This document shows, piece after piece, positions 26,501 to 41,913 of a stretch of 64,000 nt of DNA. How positions within the stretch are numbered: position 1 is the stretch's first letter; every line of letters starts with the position of its first letter. Under the pieces are notes generated by a model. It did no database searches. It saw nothing but the letters and a program-made list of their open reading frames with translations, and was not told the DNA's origin. The DNA is from Eledone cirrhosa (lineage: Eukaryota), in the NCBI GenBank assembly GCA_964016885.1, contig OZ024740.1, forward strand, positions 229,834,001 to 229,898,000, given 5' to 3'. The translations under genes and the position numbers were made by a program.

Positions 26501-29500
26501 CAGCAGCAATAGAGACAGCAATAACAACAGCAATAGAGACAGCAACATCAACAGCAATAGAGACAGCAACAACAGCAGCAATAGAGACAGCAACAACAGC
26601 AGCAATAGAGACAGCAACAACAGCAGCAATAGAGACAGCAATAACAGCAGCAATAGAGACAGCAACAACAACAGCAATAGAGACAGCAACAACAGCAGCA
26701 ATAGAGACAGCAACGACAGCAGCAATAGAGACAGCAACAACAGCAGCAATAGAGACAGCAACAACAGCAGTAATAGAGACAGCAACGACAACAGTAATAG
26801 AGACAGCAACAACAGCAGCAATAGAGACAGCAACAACAGCAACAATAGAGACAGCAATAACAGCAGCAATAGAGACAGCAACAACAACAGCAATAGAGAC
26901 AGCAACAACAGCAGCAATAGAGACAGCAACAACAACAGCAATAGAGACATCAACAACAACAGCAATAGAGACAGCAACAAAAGCAGCAATAGAGACAGCA
27001 ACAACAGCAGCAATAGAGACAGCAACAACAGCAGCAATAGAGACAGCAACAACACCAGCAATAGAGACAGCAACAACAACAGCAATAGAGACAGCAACAA
27101 CAGCAGCAATAGAGACAGCAACAACAACAGCAATAGAGACAGCAACAACAGCAGCAATAGAGACAGCAACAACAACAGCAATAGAGACAGCAACAACAAC
27201 AGCAATAGAGACAGCAACAACAACAGCAATAGAGACAGCAACAACAGCAGCAATAGAGACAGCAACAACAGCAGCAATAGAGACAGCAACAACAACAGCA
27301 ATAGAGACAGCAACAACAGCAGCAATAGAGACAGCAACAACAACAGCAATAGAGACAGCAACAACAACAGCAATAGAGACAGCAACAACAGCAGCAATAG
27401 AGACAGCAACGACAGCAGCAATAGAGACAGCAACAACAGCAGCAATAGAGACAGCAACAACAGCAGTAATAGAGACAGCAACGACAACAGTAATAGAGAC
27501 AGCAACAACAGCAGCAATAGAGACAGCAACAACAGCAGCAATAGAGACAGCAACAACAGCAGCAATAGAGACAGCAACAACAGCAGCAATAGAGACAGCA
27601 ACAACAACAGCAATAGAGACAGCAACAACAACAGCAATAGAGACAACAACAACAGCAGCAATAGAGACAGCAACAACAGCAGCAATTGAGACAGCAACAA
27701 CAGCAGCAATAGAAACAGCAACAACAGCAGCAATATAGACAGTAACAGCAACAGCAACAGCAATAGAGACAGCCACAACAGCAGCAATAGAGCAGCAACA
27801 GCAACAGCAATAGAGACAGCAACAACAGCAGCAATAGAGACACCAACAACAGCAGCAATAGAGACAACAACAACAGCAATAGAGACAGCAACAACAGCAG
27901 CAATAGAGACAGCAACAACAGCAGCAATAGAGACAGCAACAACAGCAACAATAGAGACAACAACAACAGCAGCAGTAGAGACAGCAACAACAGCAGCAAT
28001 AGAGACAGCAACAACAGCAACAATAGAGACAGCAACAACAGCAGCAATAGAGACAGCAACAACAATAGCAACAGCAGCAATGGAGACAGCAACAACAACA
28101 ACAACAACAACAACAGCAGCAATAGAGACAGCAACAACAGCAGCAATAGAGACAACAACAACAGCAGCAATAGAGACAACAACAACACCAGCAATTGAGA
28201 CAGCATCAACAGCAGCAATAGAGACAGCAACAACAGCAGCAAATGAGACAGCAACAAAAGCAGCAATAGAGACAGCAGCAACAGCAGCAATATAGACAGC
28301 AATAACAGCAGCAATAGAGACAGCAATAACAGCAGCAATAGAGACAGCAACAACAGCAGAAATAGAGACAGCAACAACAGCAGCAATTGAGACAGCCACA
28401 ACAGCAGCAATAGAGACACCAACAACAGCAGCAATATAGACAGCAACAGCAACAGCAATAGAGACAGCAACAACAGCAGCAATAGAGACAGCAACAACAG
28501 CAGCAATAGAGACAGCCACAACAGCAGCAATAGAGACAGCAACAACAGCAGCAATAGAGACAGCAACAACAGCATCAATAGAGACAACAACAACAGCAAT
28601 AGAGACAGCAACAACAGCAGCAATAGAGACAGCAACAACAGCAGCAATAGAGACAGCAACAACAGCAGCAATAGAGACAACAACAACAGCAATAGAGACA
28701 GCATCAACAGCAGCAATAGAGACAGCAATAACAGCAGCAATAGAGACAGCAATAACAGCAGCAATAGAGACAGCAACAACAGCAGAAATAGAGACAGCAA
28801 CAACAGCAGCAATGGAGACAGCCACAACAGCAGCAATAGAGACACCAACAACAGCAGCAATATAGACAGCAACAACAACAGCAATAGAGACAGCAACAAC
28901 AGCAGCAATAGAGACAGCAACAACAGCAGCAATAGAGACAGCAACAACAGCAGCAATAGAGACAACAACAACAGCAATAGAGACAGCAACCACAGCAGCA
29001 ATAGAGACAGCAATAACAGCAGCAATAGAGACAGCAATAACAGCAGCAATAGAGACAGCAACAACAGCAGAAATAGAGACAGCAACAACAGCAGCAATTG
29101 AGACAGCCACAACAGCAGCAATAGAGACACCAACAACAGCAGCAATATAGACAGCCACAACATCAGCAATAGTGACAGCATCAACAGCAGCAATAGAGAC
29201 AAAAACAGCAGCAATAGAGACAGCAACAACAGCAGCAATAGAGACAGCACAACAGCAGCAATAGAGAAAGCAACAACAACAGCAATAGAGACAGCAACAA
29301 CAGCATCAATAGAGACAGCAACAACAGCAGCAATAGAGACAGCAACAACAGCAGCAATAGAGACAGCAACAACAACAGCAATAGAGACAGCCTCAACAGC
29401 AGCAATAGAGACAGCAACAACAGCAGCAATAGAGACAGCAACAACAGCAGCAATAGAGACAGCAACAACAACAGCAATAGAGACAGCAACAACAACAGCA

Positions 29501-32500
29501 ATAGAGACAGCAACAACAGCAGCAATAGAGACAACAACAACAACAGCAATAGAGACAGCAACAACAACAGCAATAGAGACAGCAACAACAACAGCAATAG
29601 AGACAGCAACAACAGCAGCAATAGAGACAGCAACAACAGCAGCAATAGAGACAGCAACAACAACAGCAATAGAGACAGCAACAACAGCAGCAATAGAGAC
29701 AGCAACAACAACAGCAATAGAGACAGCAACAACAACAGCAATAGAGACAGCAACAACAGCAGCAATAGAGACAGCAACGACAGCAGCAATAGAGACAGCA
29801 ACAACAGCAGCAATAGAGACAGCAACAACAGCGGCAATAGAGACAGCAACAACAACAGCAATAGAGACAGCAACAACAGCAGCAATAGAGACAGCAACAA
29901 CAACAGCAATAGAGACAGCAACAACAACAGCAATAGAGACAGCAACAACAGCAGCAATAGAGACAGCAACAACAGCAGCAATAGAGACAGCAACAACAGC
30001 AGCAATAGAGACAGCAACAACAACAGCAATAGAGACAGCAACAAGAGCAGCAATAGAGACAGCAACAACAACAGCAATAGAGACAGCAACAACAGCAGCA
30101 ATAGAGACAGCAGCAACAGCAGCAATAGAGACAGCAACAACAACAGCAACAGCAGCAATAGAGACAGCAACAACAACAACAACAACAACAGCAATACAGA
30201 CAGCAACAACAGCAGCAATAGAGACAACAACAACAGCAGCAATAGAGACAGCAACAGCAACAGCAATAGAGACAGCAACAACAGCAGCAATAGAGACAGC
30301 AATAACAGCAGCAATAGAGACAGCAACAACAGCAGCAATAGAGACAGCAACAACAGCAGCAATAGAGACAGCAACAACAACAGCAATAGAGACAGCAACA
30401 ACAGCAGCAATAGAGACAGCAACAACAGCAGCAATATAGACAGCAATAACAGCAGCAATAGAGACAGCAACAACAGCAGAAATAGAGACAGCAACAACAG
30501 CAGCAATTGAGACAGCCACAACAGCAGCAATAGAGACACCAACAACAGCAGCAATATAGACAGCAACAACAACAGCAATAGAGACAGCAATAACAGCAGC
30601 AATAGAGACACCAACAACAGCAGCAATATAGACAGCAACAACAGCAGCAATAGAGACAGCCACAACATCAGCAATAGTGACAGCAACAACAGCAGCAATA
30701 GAGACAACAACAACAGCAGCAATAGAGACAGCAACAACAGCAGCAATAGAGACAGCAACAACAGCAACAATAGAGACAGCAATAACAGCAGCTATAGAGA
30801 CAGCAACAACAACAGCAATAGAGACAGCAACAACAACAGCAATAGAGACAGCAACAACAACAGCAATAGAGACAGCAACAAGAGCAGCAATAGAGACAGC
30901 AACAACAGCAGCAATAGAGACAGCAACAACAGCAGCAATGGAGACAGCAACAACAGCAGCAATAGAGACAGCAACAACAGCAGCAATAGAGACAGCAACA
31001 ACAACAGCAATAGAGACAGCAACAACAACAGCAATAGAGACAGCAACAACAACAGCAATAGAGACAGCAACAACAACAGCAATAGAGACAGCAACAACAG
31101 CAGCAATAGAGACAGAAACAACAGCAACAATAGAGACAGCAACAACAGCAGCAATAGAGACAGCAACAACAGCAGCAATAGAGACAGCAACAACAGCAGC
31201 AATAGAGACAGCAACAACAGCAGCAATAGAGACAGCAACAACAACAGCAATAGAGACAGCAACAACAGCAGCAATGGAGACAGCAACAACAACAGCAATG
31301 GAGACAGCAACAACAGCAGCAATAGAGACAGCAACAACAACAGCAATAGAGACAGCAACAACAACAGCAATAGAGACAGCAACAACAGCAGCAAATGAGA
31401 CAGCAACAACAGCAGAAATAGAGACAGCAACAACAGCAGCAATATAGACAGCAATAACAGCAGCAATAGAGACAGCAATAACAGCAGCAATAGAGACAGC
31501 AACAACAGCAGAAATAGAGACAGCCACAACAGCAGCAATAGAGACACCAACAACAGCAGCAATATAGACAGCAACAGCAACAGCAATAGAGACAGCAGCA
31601 ATAGAGACAGCAACAACAGCAGCAATAGAGACAGCAACAACAGCAGCAATAGAGACAGCAACAACAGCAGCAATAGAGACAGCAACAACAGCAGCAGTAG
31701 AGACAACAACAACAGCAATAGAGACAGCAACAACAGCAGCAATAGAGACAGCAACAACAGCAGCAATAGAGACAGCAACAACAGCAGCAATAGAGACAAC
31801 AACAACAGCAATAGAGACAGCAACAACAGCAGCAATAGAGACAGCAATAACAGCAGCAATAGAGACAGCAATAACAGCAGCAATAGAGACAGCAACAACA
31901 GCAGAAATAGAGACAGCAACAACAGCAGCAATTGAGACAGCCACAACAGCAGCAATAGAGACACCAACAACAGCAGCAATATAGACAGCCACAACATCAG
32001 CAATAGTGACAGCAACAACAGCAGCAATAGAGACAAAAACAGCAGCAATAGAGACAGCAACAACAGCAGCAATAGAGACAGCACAACAGCAGCAATAGAG
32101 AAAGCAACAACAACAGCAATAGAGACAGCAACAACAGCATCAATAGAGACAGCAACAACAGCAGCAATAGAGACAGCAACAACAGCAGCAATAGAGACAG
32201 CAACAACAACAGCAATAGAGACAGCCTCAACAGCAGCAATAGAGACAGCAACAACAGCAGCAATAGAGACAGCAACAACAGCAGCAATAGAGACAGCAAC
32301 AACAACAGCAATAGAGACAGCAACAACAACAGCAATAGAGACAGCAACAACAGCAGCAATAGAGACAACAACAACAACAGCAATAGAGACAGCAACAACA
32401 ACAGCAATAGAGACAGCAACAACAACAGCAATAGAGACAGCAACAACAGCAGCAATAGAGACAGCAACAACAGCAGCAATAGAGACAGCAACAACAACAG

Positions 32501-35500
32501 CAATAGAGACAGCAACAACAGCAGCAATAGAGACAGCAACAACAACAGCAATAGAGACAGCAACAACAACAGCAATAGAGACAGCAACAACAGCAGCAAT
32601 AGAGACAGCAACGACAGCAGCAATAGAGACAGCAACAACAGCAGCAATAGAGACAGCAACAACAGCGGCAATAGAGACAGCAACAACAACAGCAATAGAG
32701 ACAGCAACAACAGCAGCAATAGAGACAGCAACAACAACAGCAATAGAGACAGCAACAACAACAGCAATAGAGACAGCAACAACAGCAGCAATAGAGACAG
32801 CAACAACAGCAGCAATAGAGACAGCAACAACAGCAGCAATAGAGACAGCAACAACAGCAGCAATAGAGACTCAACAACAACAGCAATAGAGACAGCAACA
32901 ACAACAGCAATAGAGACAGCAACAACAGCAGCAATAGAGACAGCAGCAACAGCAGCAATAGAGACAGCAACAACAACAGCAACAGCAGCAATAGAGACAG
33001 CAACAACAACAACAACAACAACAGCAATATAGACAGCAACAACAGCAGCAATAGAGACAACAACAACAGCAGCAATAGAGACAGCATCAGCAACAGCAAT
33101 AGAGACAGCAACAACAGCAGCAATAGAGACAGCAATAACAGCAGCAATAGAGACAGCAACAACAGCAGCAATAGAGACAGCAACAACAGCAGCAATAGAG
33201 ACAGCAACAACAACAGCAATAGAGACAGCAATAACAGCAGCAATAGAGACAGCAACAACAACAGCAATAGAGACAGCAACAACAGCAGCAATAGAGACAG
33301 CAACAACAGCAACAATAGAGACAGCAATAACAGCAGCAATAGAGACAGCAACAACAACAGCAATAGAGACAGCACAACAGCAGCAATAGAGACAGCAACA
33401 ACAGCAGCAATAAAGACAGCAACAACAACAGCAATAGAGACAGCAACAACAGCAGCAATAGAGACAGCAACAACAACAGCAATAGAGACAGCAACAACAG
33501 CAGCAATAGAGACAGCAACAACAGCAGCAATAGAGACAGCAACAACAGCAGCAATAGAGACAGCAACAACAGCAGCAATAGAGACAGCAACAACAACAGC
33601 AATAGAGAGAACAACAACAGCAGCAATAGAGACAGCAACAACAACAGCAATAGAGACAGCAACAACAGCAGCAATAGAGACAGCAACAACAACAGCAATA
33701 GAGACAGCAACAAGAGCAGCAATAGAGACAGCAACAACAGCAGCAATAGAGACAGCAACAACAGCAGCAATAGAGACAGCAACAACAACAGCAATAGAGA
33801 CAGCACAACAGCAGCAATAGAGACAGCAACAACAACAGCAATAGAGACAGCAACAGCAACAGCAATAGAGACAGCAACAACAGCAGCAATAGAGACAACA
33901 ACAACAGCAGCAATAGAGACAGCAACAACAGCAGCAATAGAGACAGCAACAACAGCAGCAATAGAGACAGCAACAACAGCAGCAATAGAGACAACAACAA
34001 CACCAGCAATTGAGACAGCATCAACAGCAGCAATAGAGACAGCAACAACAGCAGCAATAGAGACAGCAATAACAGCAGCAATAGAGACAGCAACAACAGC
34101 AGAAATAGAGACAGCAACAACAGCAGCAATTGAGACAGCCACAACAGCAGCAATAGAGACACCAACAACAGCAGCAATATAGACAGCCACAACATCAGCA
34201 ATAGTGACAGCACAACAGCAGCAATAGACACAACAACAACAGCAGCAATAGAGACAGCAACAACAGCAGCAATAGAGACAGCAACAACAGCAGCAATAGA
34301 GACACCAACAACAACATCAATAGAGACTGCACAACAGCAGCAATAGAGACAGCAACAACAGCAGCAATAGAGACAGCAATAACAACAGCAATAGAGACAG
34401 CAACAACAGCAGCAATAGAGACAGCAACAACAGCAGCAATAGAGACAGCCACAACAGCAGCAATAGAGACAGCAACAACAGCAGCAATAGAGACAGCAAC
34501 AACAGCAGCAGTAGAGACAACAACAACAGCAATAGAGACAGCAACAACAGCAGCAATAGAGACAGCAACAACAGCAGCAATAGAGACAGCAACAACAGCA
34601 GCAATAGAGACAACAACAACAGCAATAGGGACAGCAACAACAGCAGCAATAGAGACAGCAATAACAGCAGCAATAGCGACAGCAATAACAGCAGCAATAG
34701 AGACAGCAACAACAGCAGAAATAGAGACAGCAACAACAGCAGCAATTGAGACAGCCACAACAGCAGCAATAGAGACACCAACAACAGCAGCAATATAGAC
34801 AGCTACAACATCAGCAATAGTGACAGCAACAACAGCAGCAATAGAGACAACAACAACAGCAGCAATAGAGACAGCAACAACAGCAGCAATAGAGACAGCA
34901 CAACAGCAGCAATAGAGAAAGCAACAACAACAGCAATAGAGACAGCAACAACAGCAGCAATAGAGACAGCAACAACAGCAGCAATAGAGACAGCAACAAC
35001 AGCAGCAATAGAGACAGCAACAACAACAGCAATAGAGACAGCCTCAACAGCAGCAATAGAGACAGCAACAACAGCAGCAATAGAGACAGCAACAACAGCA
35101 GCAATAGAGACAGCAACAACAACAGCAATAGAGACAGCAACAACAGCAGCAATAGAGACAGCAACAACAACAGCAATAGAGACAGCAACAACAACAGCAA
35201 TAGAGACAGCAACAACAACAGCAATAGAGACAGCAACAACAACAGCAATAGAGACAGCAACAACAGCAGCAATAGAGACAGCAACAACAACAGCAATAGA
35301 GACAGCAACAACAGCAGCAATAGAGACAGCAACAACAACAGCAATAGAGACAGCAACAACAACAGCAATAGAGACAGCAACAACAGCAGCAATAGAGACA
35401 GCAACGACAGCAGCAATAGAGACAGCAACAACAGCAGCAATAGAGACAGCAACAACAGCGGCAATAGAGACAGCAACAACAACAGCAATAGAGACAGCAA

Positions 35501-38500
35501 CAACAGCAGCAATAGAGACAGCAACAACAACAGCAATAGAGACAGCAACAACAGCAGCAATAGAGACAGCAACAACAGCAGCAATAGAGACAGCAACAAC
35601 AGCAGCAATAGAGACAGCAACAACAGCAGCAATAGAGACTCAACAACAACAGCAATAGAGACAGCAACAACAACAGCAATAGAGACAGCAACAGCAGCAG
35701 CAATAGAGACAGCAACAACAGCAGCAATAGAGACAGCAACAACAACAGCAACTGCAGCAATAGAGACAGCAACAACAACAACAACAACAACAACAACAGC
35801 AGCAATAGAGACAGCAACAACAGCAGCAATAGAGACAACAACAACAACAGCAACAACAACAGCAACAGCAGCAATAGAGACAGCAACAACAACAACAACA
35901 ACAACAGCAATACAGACAGCAACAACAGCAGCAATAGAGACAACAACAACAGCAGCAATAGAGACAGCAACAGCAACAGCAATAGAGACAGCAACAACAG
36001 CAGCAATAGAGACAGCAATAACAGCAGCAATAGAGACAGCAACAACAGCAGCAATAGAGACAGCAACAACAGCAGCAATAGAGACAGCAACAACAACAGC
36101 AATAGAGACAGCAATAACAGCAGCAATAGAGACAGCAACAACAACAGCAATAGAGACAGCAACAACAGCAGCAATAGAGACAGCAACAACAGCAACAATA
36201 GAGACAGCAATAACAGCAGCAATAGAGACAGCAACAACAACAGCAATATAGACAGCACAACAGCAGCAATAGAGACAGCAACAACAGCAGCAATAGAGAC
36301 AGCAACAACAACAGCAATAGAGACAGCAACAACAGCAGCAATAGAGACAGCAACAACAACAGCAATAGAGACAGCAACAACAGCAGCAATAGAGATAGCA
36401 ACAACAACAGCAATAGAGACAGCAACAACAGCAGCAATAGAGACAGCAACAACAGCAGCAATAGAGACAGCAACAACAACAGCAATAGAGACAGCAACAA
36501 CAGCAGCAATAGAGACAGCAACAACAGCAGCAATAGAGACAGTAATAACAGCAGCAATAGAGACAACATCAACAGCTTCAATAGAGACACCAACAACAAC
36601 AGCAATAGAGACAGCACAACAGCAGCAATAGAGACAGCAACAACAGCAATAGAGACAGCAACACCAACAGCAATAGAGACAGCAACAACAGCAGCAATAG
36701 AGACAGCAACAACAGCAGCAATAGAGACAGCAACAACAGCAGCAATAGAGACAGCAATAACAGCAGCAATAGAGACAGCAACAACAACAGCAATGGAGAC
36801 AGCAACAACAGCAGCAATAGAGACAGCAACAACAGCAACAATAGAGACAGCAATAACAGCAGCAATAGAGACAGCAACAACAACAGCAATAGAGACAGCA
36901 ACAACAGCAGCAATAGAGACAGCAACAACAACAGCAATAGAGACATCAACAACAACAGCAATAGAGACAGCAACAACCGCAGCAATAGAGACAGCAACAA
37001 CAGCAGCAATAGAGACAGCAACAACACCAGCAATAGAGACAGCAACAACAACAGCAATAGAGACAGCAACAACAGCAGCAATAGAGACAGCAACAACAAC
37101 AGCAATAGAGACAGCAACAACAGCAGCAATAGAGACAGCAACAACAACAGCAATAGAGACAGCAACAACAACAGCAATAGAGACAGCAACAACAACAGCA
37201 ATAGAGACAGCAACAACAGCAGCAATAGAGACAGCAACAACAGCAGCAATAGAGACAGCAACAACAACAGCAATAGAGACAGCAGCAACAGCAGCAATAG
37301 AGACAGCAACAACAACAGCAATAGAGACAGCAACAACAACAGCAATAGAGACAGCAACAACAGCAGAAATAGAGACAGCAACGACAGCAGCAATAGAGAC
37401 AGCAACAACAGCAGCAATAGAGACAGCAACAACAGCAGCAATAGAGACAGCAACGACAACAGTAATAGAGACAGCAACAACAGCAGCAATAGAGACAGCA
37501 ACAACAGCAGGAATAGAGACAGCAACAACAGCAGCAATAGAGACAGCAACAACAGCAGCAATAGAGACAGCAACAACAACAGCAATAGAGACAGCAACAA
37601 CAACAGCAATAGAGACAGCAACAACAGCAGCAATAGAGACAGCAACGACAGCAGCAATAGAGACAGCAACAACAGCAGCAATAGAGACAGCAACAACAGC
37701 GGCAATAGAGACAGCAACAACAACAGCAATAGAGACAGCAACAACAGCAGCAATAGAGACAGCAACAACAACAGCAATACAGACAGCAACAACAGCAGCA
37801 ATAGAGACAGCAACAACAGCAGCAATAGAGACAGCAACAACAGCAGCAATAGAGACAGCAACAACAGCAGCAATAGAGACTCAACAACAACAGCAATAGA
37901 GACAGCAACAACAACAGCAATAGAGACAGCAACAGCAGCAGCAATAGAGACAGCAACAACAGCAGCAATAGAGACAGCAACAACAACAGCAACTGCAGCA
38001 ATAGAGACAGCAACAACAACAACAACAACAACAACAACAGCAGCAATAGAGACAGCAACAACAGCAGCAATAGAGACAACAACAACAACAGCAACAACAA
38101 CAGCAACAGCAGCAATAGAGACAGCAACAACAACAACAACAACAACAGCAATACAGACAGCAACAACAGCAGCAATAGAGACAACAACAACAGCAGCAAT
38201 AGAGACAGCAACAGCAACAGCAATAGAGACAGCAACAACAGCAGCAATAGAGACAGCAATAACAGCAGCAATAGAGACAGCAACAACAGCAGCAATAGAG
38301 ACAGCAACAACAGCAGCAATAGAGACAGCAACAACAACAGCAATAGAGACAGCAATAACAGCAGCAATAGAGACAGCAACAACAACAGCAATAGAGACAG
38401 CAACAACAGCAGCAATAGAGACAGCAACAACAGCAACAATAGAGACAGCAATAACAGCAGCAATAGAGACAGCAACAACAACAGCAATATAGACAGCACA

Positions 38501-39916
38501 ACAGCAGCAATAGAGACAGCAACAACAGCAGCAATAGAGACAGCAACAACAACAGCAATAGAGACAGCAACAACAGCAGCAATAGAGACAGCAACAACAA
38601 CAGCAATAGAGACAGCAACAACAGCAGCAATAGAGATAGCAACAACAACAGCAATAGAGACAGCAACAACAGCAGCAATAGAGACAGCAACAACAGCAGC
38701 AATAGAGACAGCAACAACAACAGCAATAGAGACAGCAACAACAGCAGCAATAGAGACAGCAACAACAGCAGCAATAGAGACAGTAATAACAGCAGCAATA
38801 GAGACAACATCAACAGCTTCAATAGAGACACCAACAACAACAGCAATAGAGACAGCACAACAGCAGCAATAGAGACAGCAACAACAGCAATAGAGACAGC
38901 AACACCAACAGCAATAGAGACAGCAACAACAGCAGCAATAGAGACAGCAACAACAGCAGCAATAGAGACAGCAACAACAGCAGCAATAGAGACAGCAATA
39001 ACAGCAGCAATAGAGACAGCAACAACAACAGCAATGGAGACAGCAACAACAGCAGCAATAGAGACAGCAACAACAGCAACAATAGAGACAGCAATAACAG
39101 CAGCAATAGAGACAGCAACAACAACAGCAATAGAGACAGCAACAACAGCAGCAATAGAGACAGCAACAACAACAGCAATAGAGACATCAACAACAACAGC
39201 AATAGAGACAGCAACAACAGCAGCAATAGAGACAGCAACAACAGCAGCAATAGAGACAGCAACAACACCAGCAATAGAGACAGCAACAACAACAGCAATA
39301 GAGACAGCAACAACAGCAGCAATAGAGACAGCAACAACAACAGCAATAGAGACAGCAACAACAGCAGCAATAGAGACAGCAACAACAACAGCAATAGAGA
39401 CAGCAACAACAACAGCAATAGAGACAGCAACAACAACAGCAATAGAGACAGCAACAACAGCAGCAATAGAGACAGCAACAACAGCAGCAATAGAGACAGC
39501 AACAACAACAGCAATAGAGACAGCAGCAACAGCAGCAATAGAGACAGCAACAACAACAGCAATAGAGACAGCAACAACAACAGCAATAGAGACAGCAACA
39601 ACAGCAGAAATAGAGACAGCAACGACAGCAGCAATAGAGACAGCAACAACAGCAGCAATAGAGACAGCAACAACAGCAGCAATAGAGACAGCAACGACAA
39701 CAGTAATAGAGACAGCAACAACAGCAGCAATAGAGACAGCAACAACAGCAGGAATAGAGACAGCAACAACAGCAGCAATAGAGACAGCAACAACAACAGC
39801 AATAGAGACAGCAACAACAACAGCAATAGAGACAGCACAACAGCAGCAATAGAGACAGCAACAACAGCAGCAATAGAGACAGCAACAACAACAGCAACAG
39901 CAGCAATAGAGACAGC

Positions 39917-39950
<34 letters not shown>

Positions 39951-41879
39951 GCAGCAATAAGACAGCAACAACAGCAGCAATAGAGACAACAACAACAACA
40001 GCAATAGAGACAGCAACAGCAACAGCAATAGAGACAGCAACAACAGCAGCAATAGAGACAGCAATAACAGCAACAATAGAGACAGCACAACAGCAGCAAT
40101 AGAGACAGCAACAACAGCAGCAATAGAGACAGCAACAACAGCAGCAATAGAGACAACAATAACAGCAGCAATAGAGACAGCAACAACAACAGCAATAGAG
40201 ACAGCAACAACAGCAGCAATAGTGACAGCAACAACAGCAGCAATAGAGACAGCAACAACAACAGCAATAGAGACAGCAACAACAGCAGCAATAGAGACAG
40301 GAACAACAGCAGCAATAGAGACAGTAATAACAGCAGCAATAGAGACAACATCAACAGCTTCAATAGAGACACCAACAACAACAGCAATAGAGACAGCACA
40401 ACAGCAGCAATAGTGACAGCAATAACAGCAGCAATAGAGACAGCAACAACAGCAGCATTAGAGACAGCAACAAAAGCAACAATAGAGACAGCAACAACAG
40501 CAGCAATAGAGACAGCAACAACAACAGCAACAGCAGCAATAGAGACAGCAACAACAACAACAACAACAGCAATAGAGACAGCAACAACAGCAGCAATAGA
40601 CACAACAACAACAGCAGCAATAGAGACAACAACAACAGCAGCAATAGAGACAACAACAACAGCAGCAATAGAGACAGCAACAGCAACAGCAATACAGACA
40701 GCAACAACAGCAGCAATAGAGACAGCAATAACAGCAGCAATAGAGACAGCAACAACAGCAGCAATAGAAACAGCAACAACAACAGCAATAGAGACAGCAA
40801 CAACAGCAATAGAGACAGCAACAACAGCAGCAATAGAGACAGCAACAACAACAGCAATGGAGACAGCAACAACAACAGCAATAGAGACAGCAACAACAGC
40901 AGCAGTAGAGACATCAACAACAGCAGCAATAGAAACAGCAACAACAACAGCAATAGAGACAGCAACAACAGCAGCAATAGAGACAGCAACAACAGCAGCA
41001 ATAGAGACAGCAACAACAACAGCAATAGAGACAGCAACAACAGCAGCAATAGAGACAGCAACGACAGCAGCAATAGAGACACCAACAACAGCAGCAATAG
41101 TTACAGCAACAACAGCAGCAATAGAGACAGCAACAACAACAGCAATAGAGACAGCAACAACAGCAGCAATAAAGACAGCAACAACAGCAGCAATAGAGAC
41201 AACAACAAAAACAGCTATAGAGACAGCAAGAGCAACAGCAATAGAGACAGCAACAACAGCAGCAATAGAGACAGCAATAACAGCAGCAATAGAGACAGCA
41301 ACAACAGCAGCAATAAAACAGCAACAACAACAGCAATAGAGACAGCAACAACAGCAATAGAGACAGCAACAACAACAGCAATAGAGACAGCAACAACAAC
41401 AGCAATGGAGACAGCAACAACAACAGCAATAGAGACAGCAACAACAGCAGCAGTAGAGACATCAACAACAGCAGCAATAGAAACAGCAACAACAACAGCA
41501 ATAGAGACAGCAACAACAGCAGCAATAGAGACAGCAACAACAGCAGCAATAGAGACAGCAACAACAACAGCAATAGAGACAGCAACAACAGCAGCAATAG
41601 AGACAGCAACGACAGCAGCAATAGAGACAGCAACAACAGCAGCAATAGTTACAGCAACAACAGCAGCAATAGAGACAGCAACAACAACAGCAATAGAGAC
41701 AGCAACAACAGCAGCAATAAAGACAGCAACAACAGCAGCAATAGAGACAGCAACAACAACAGCAATAGAGACAGCAACAACAACAGCAATAGAGACAGCA
41801 CAACAGCAGCAATAGAGACAGCAACAACAGCAGCAATAGAGACAGCAACAACAACAGCAACAGCAGCAATAGAGACAGC

Positions 41880-41913
<34 letters not shown>
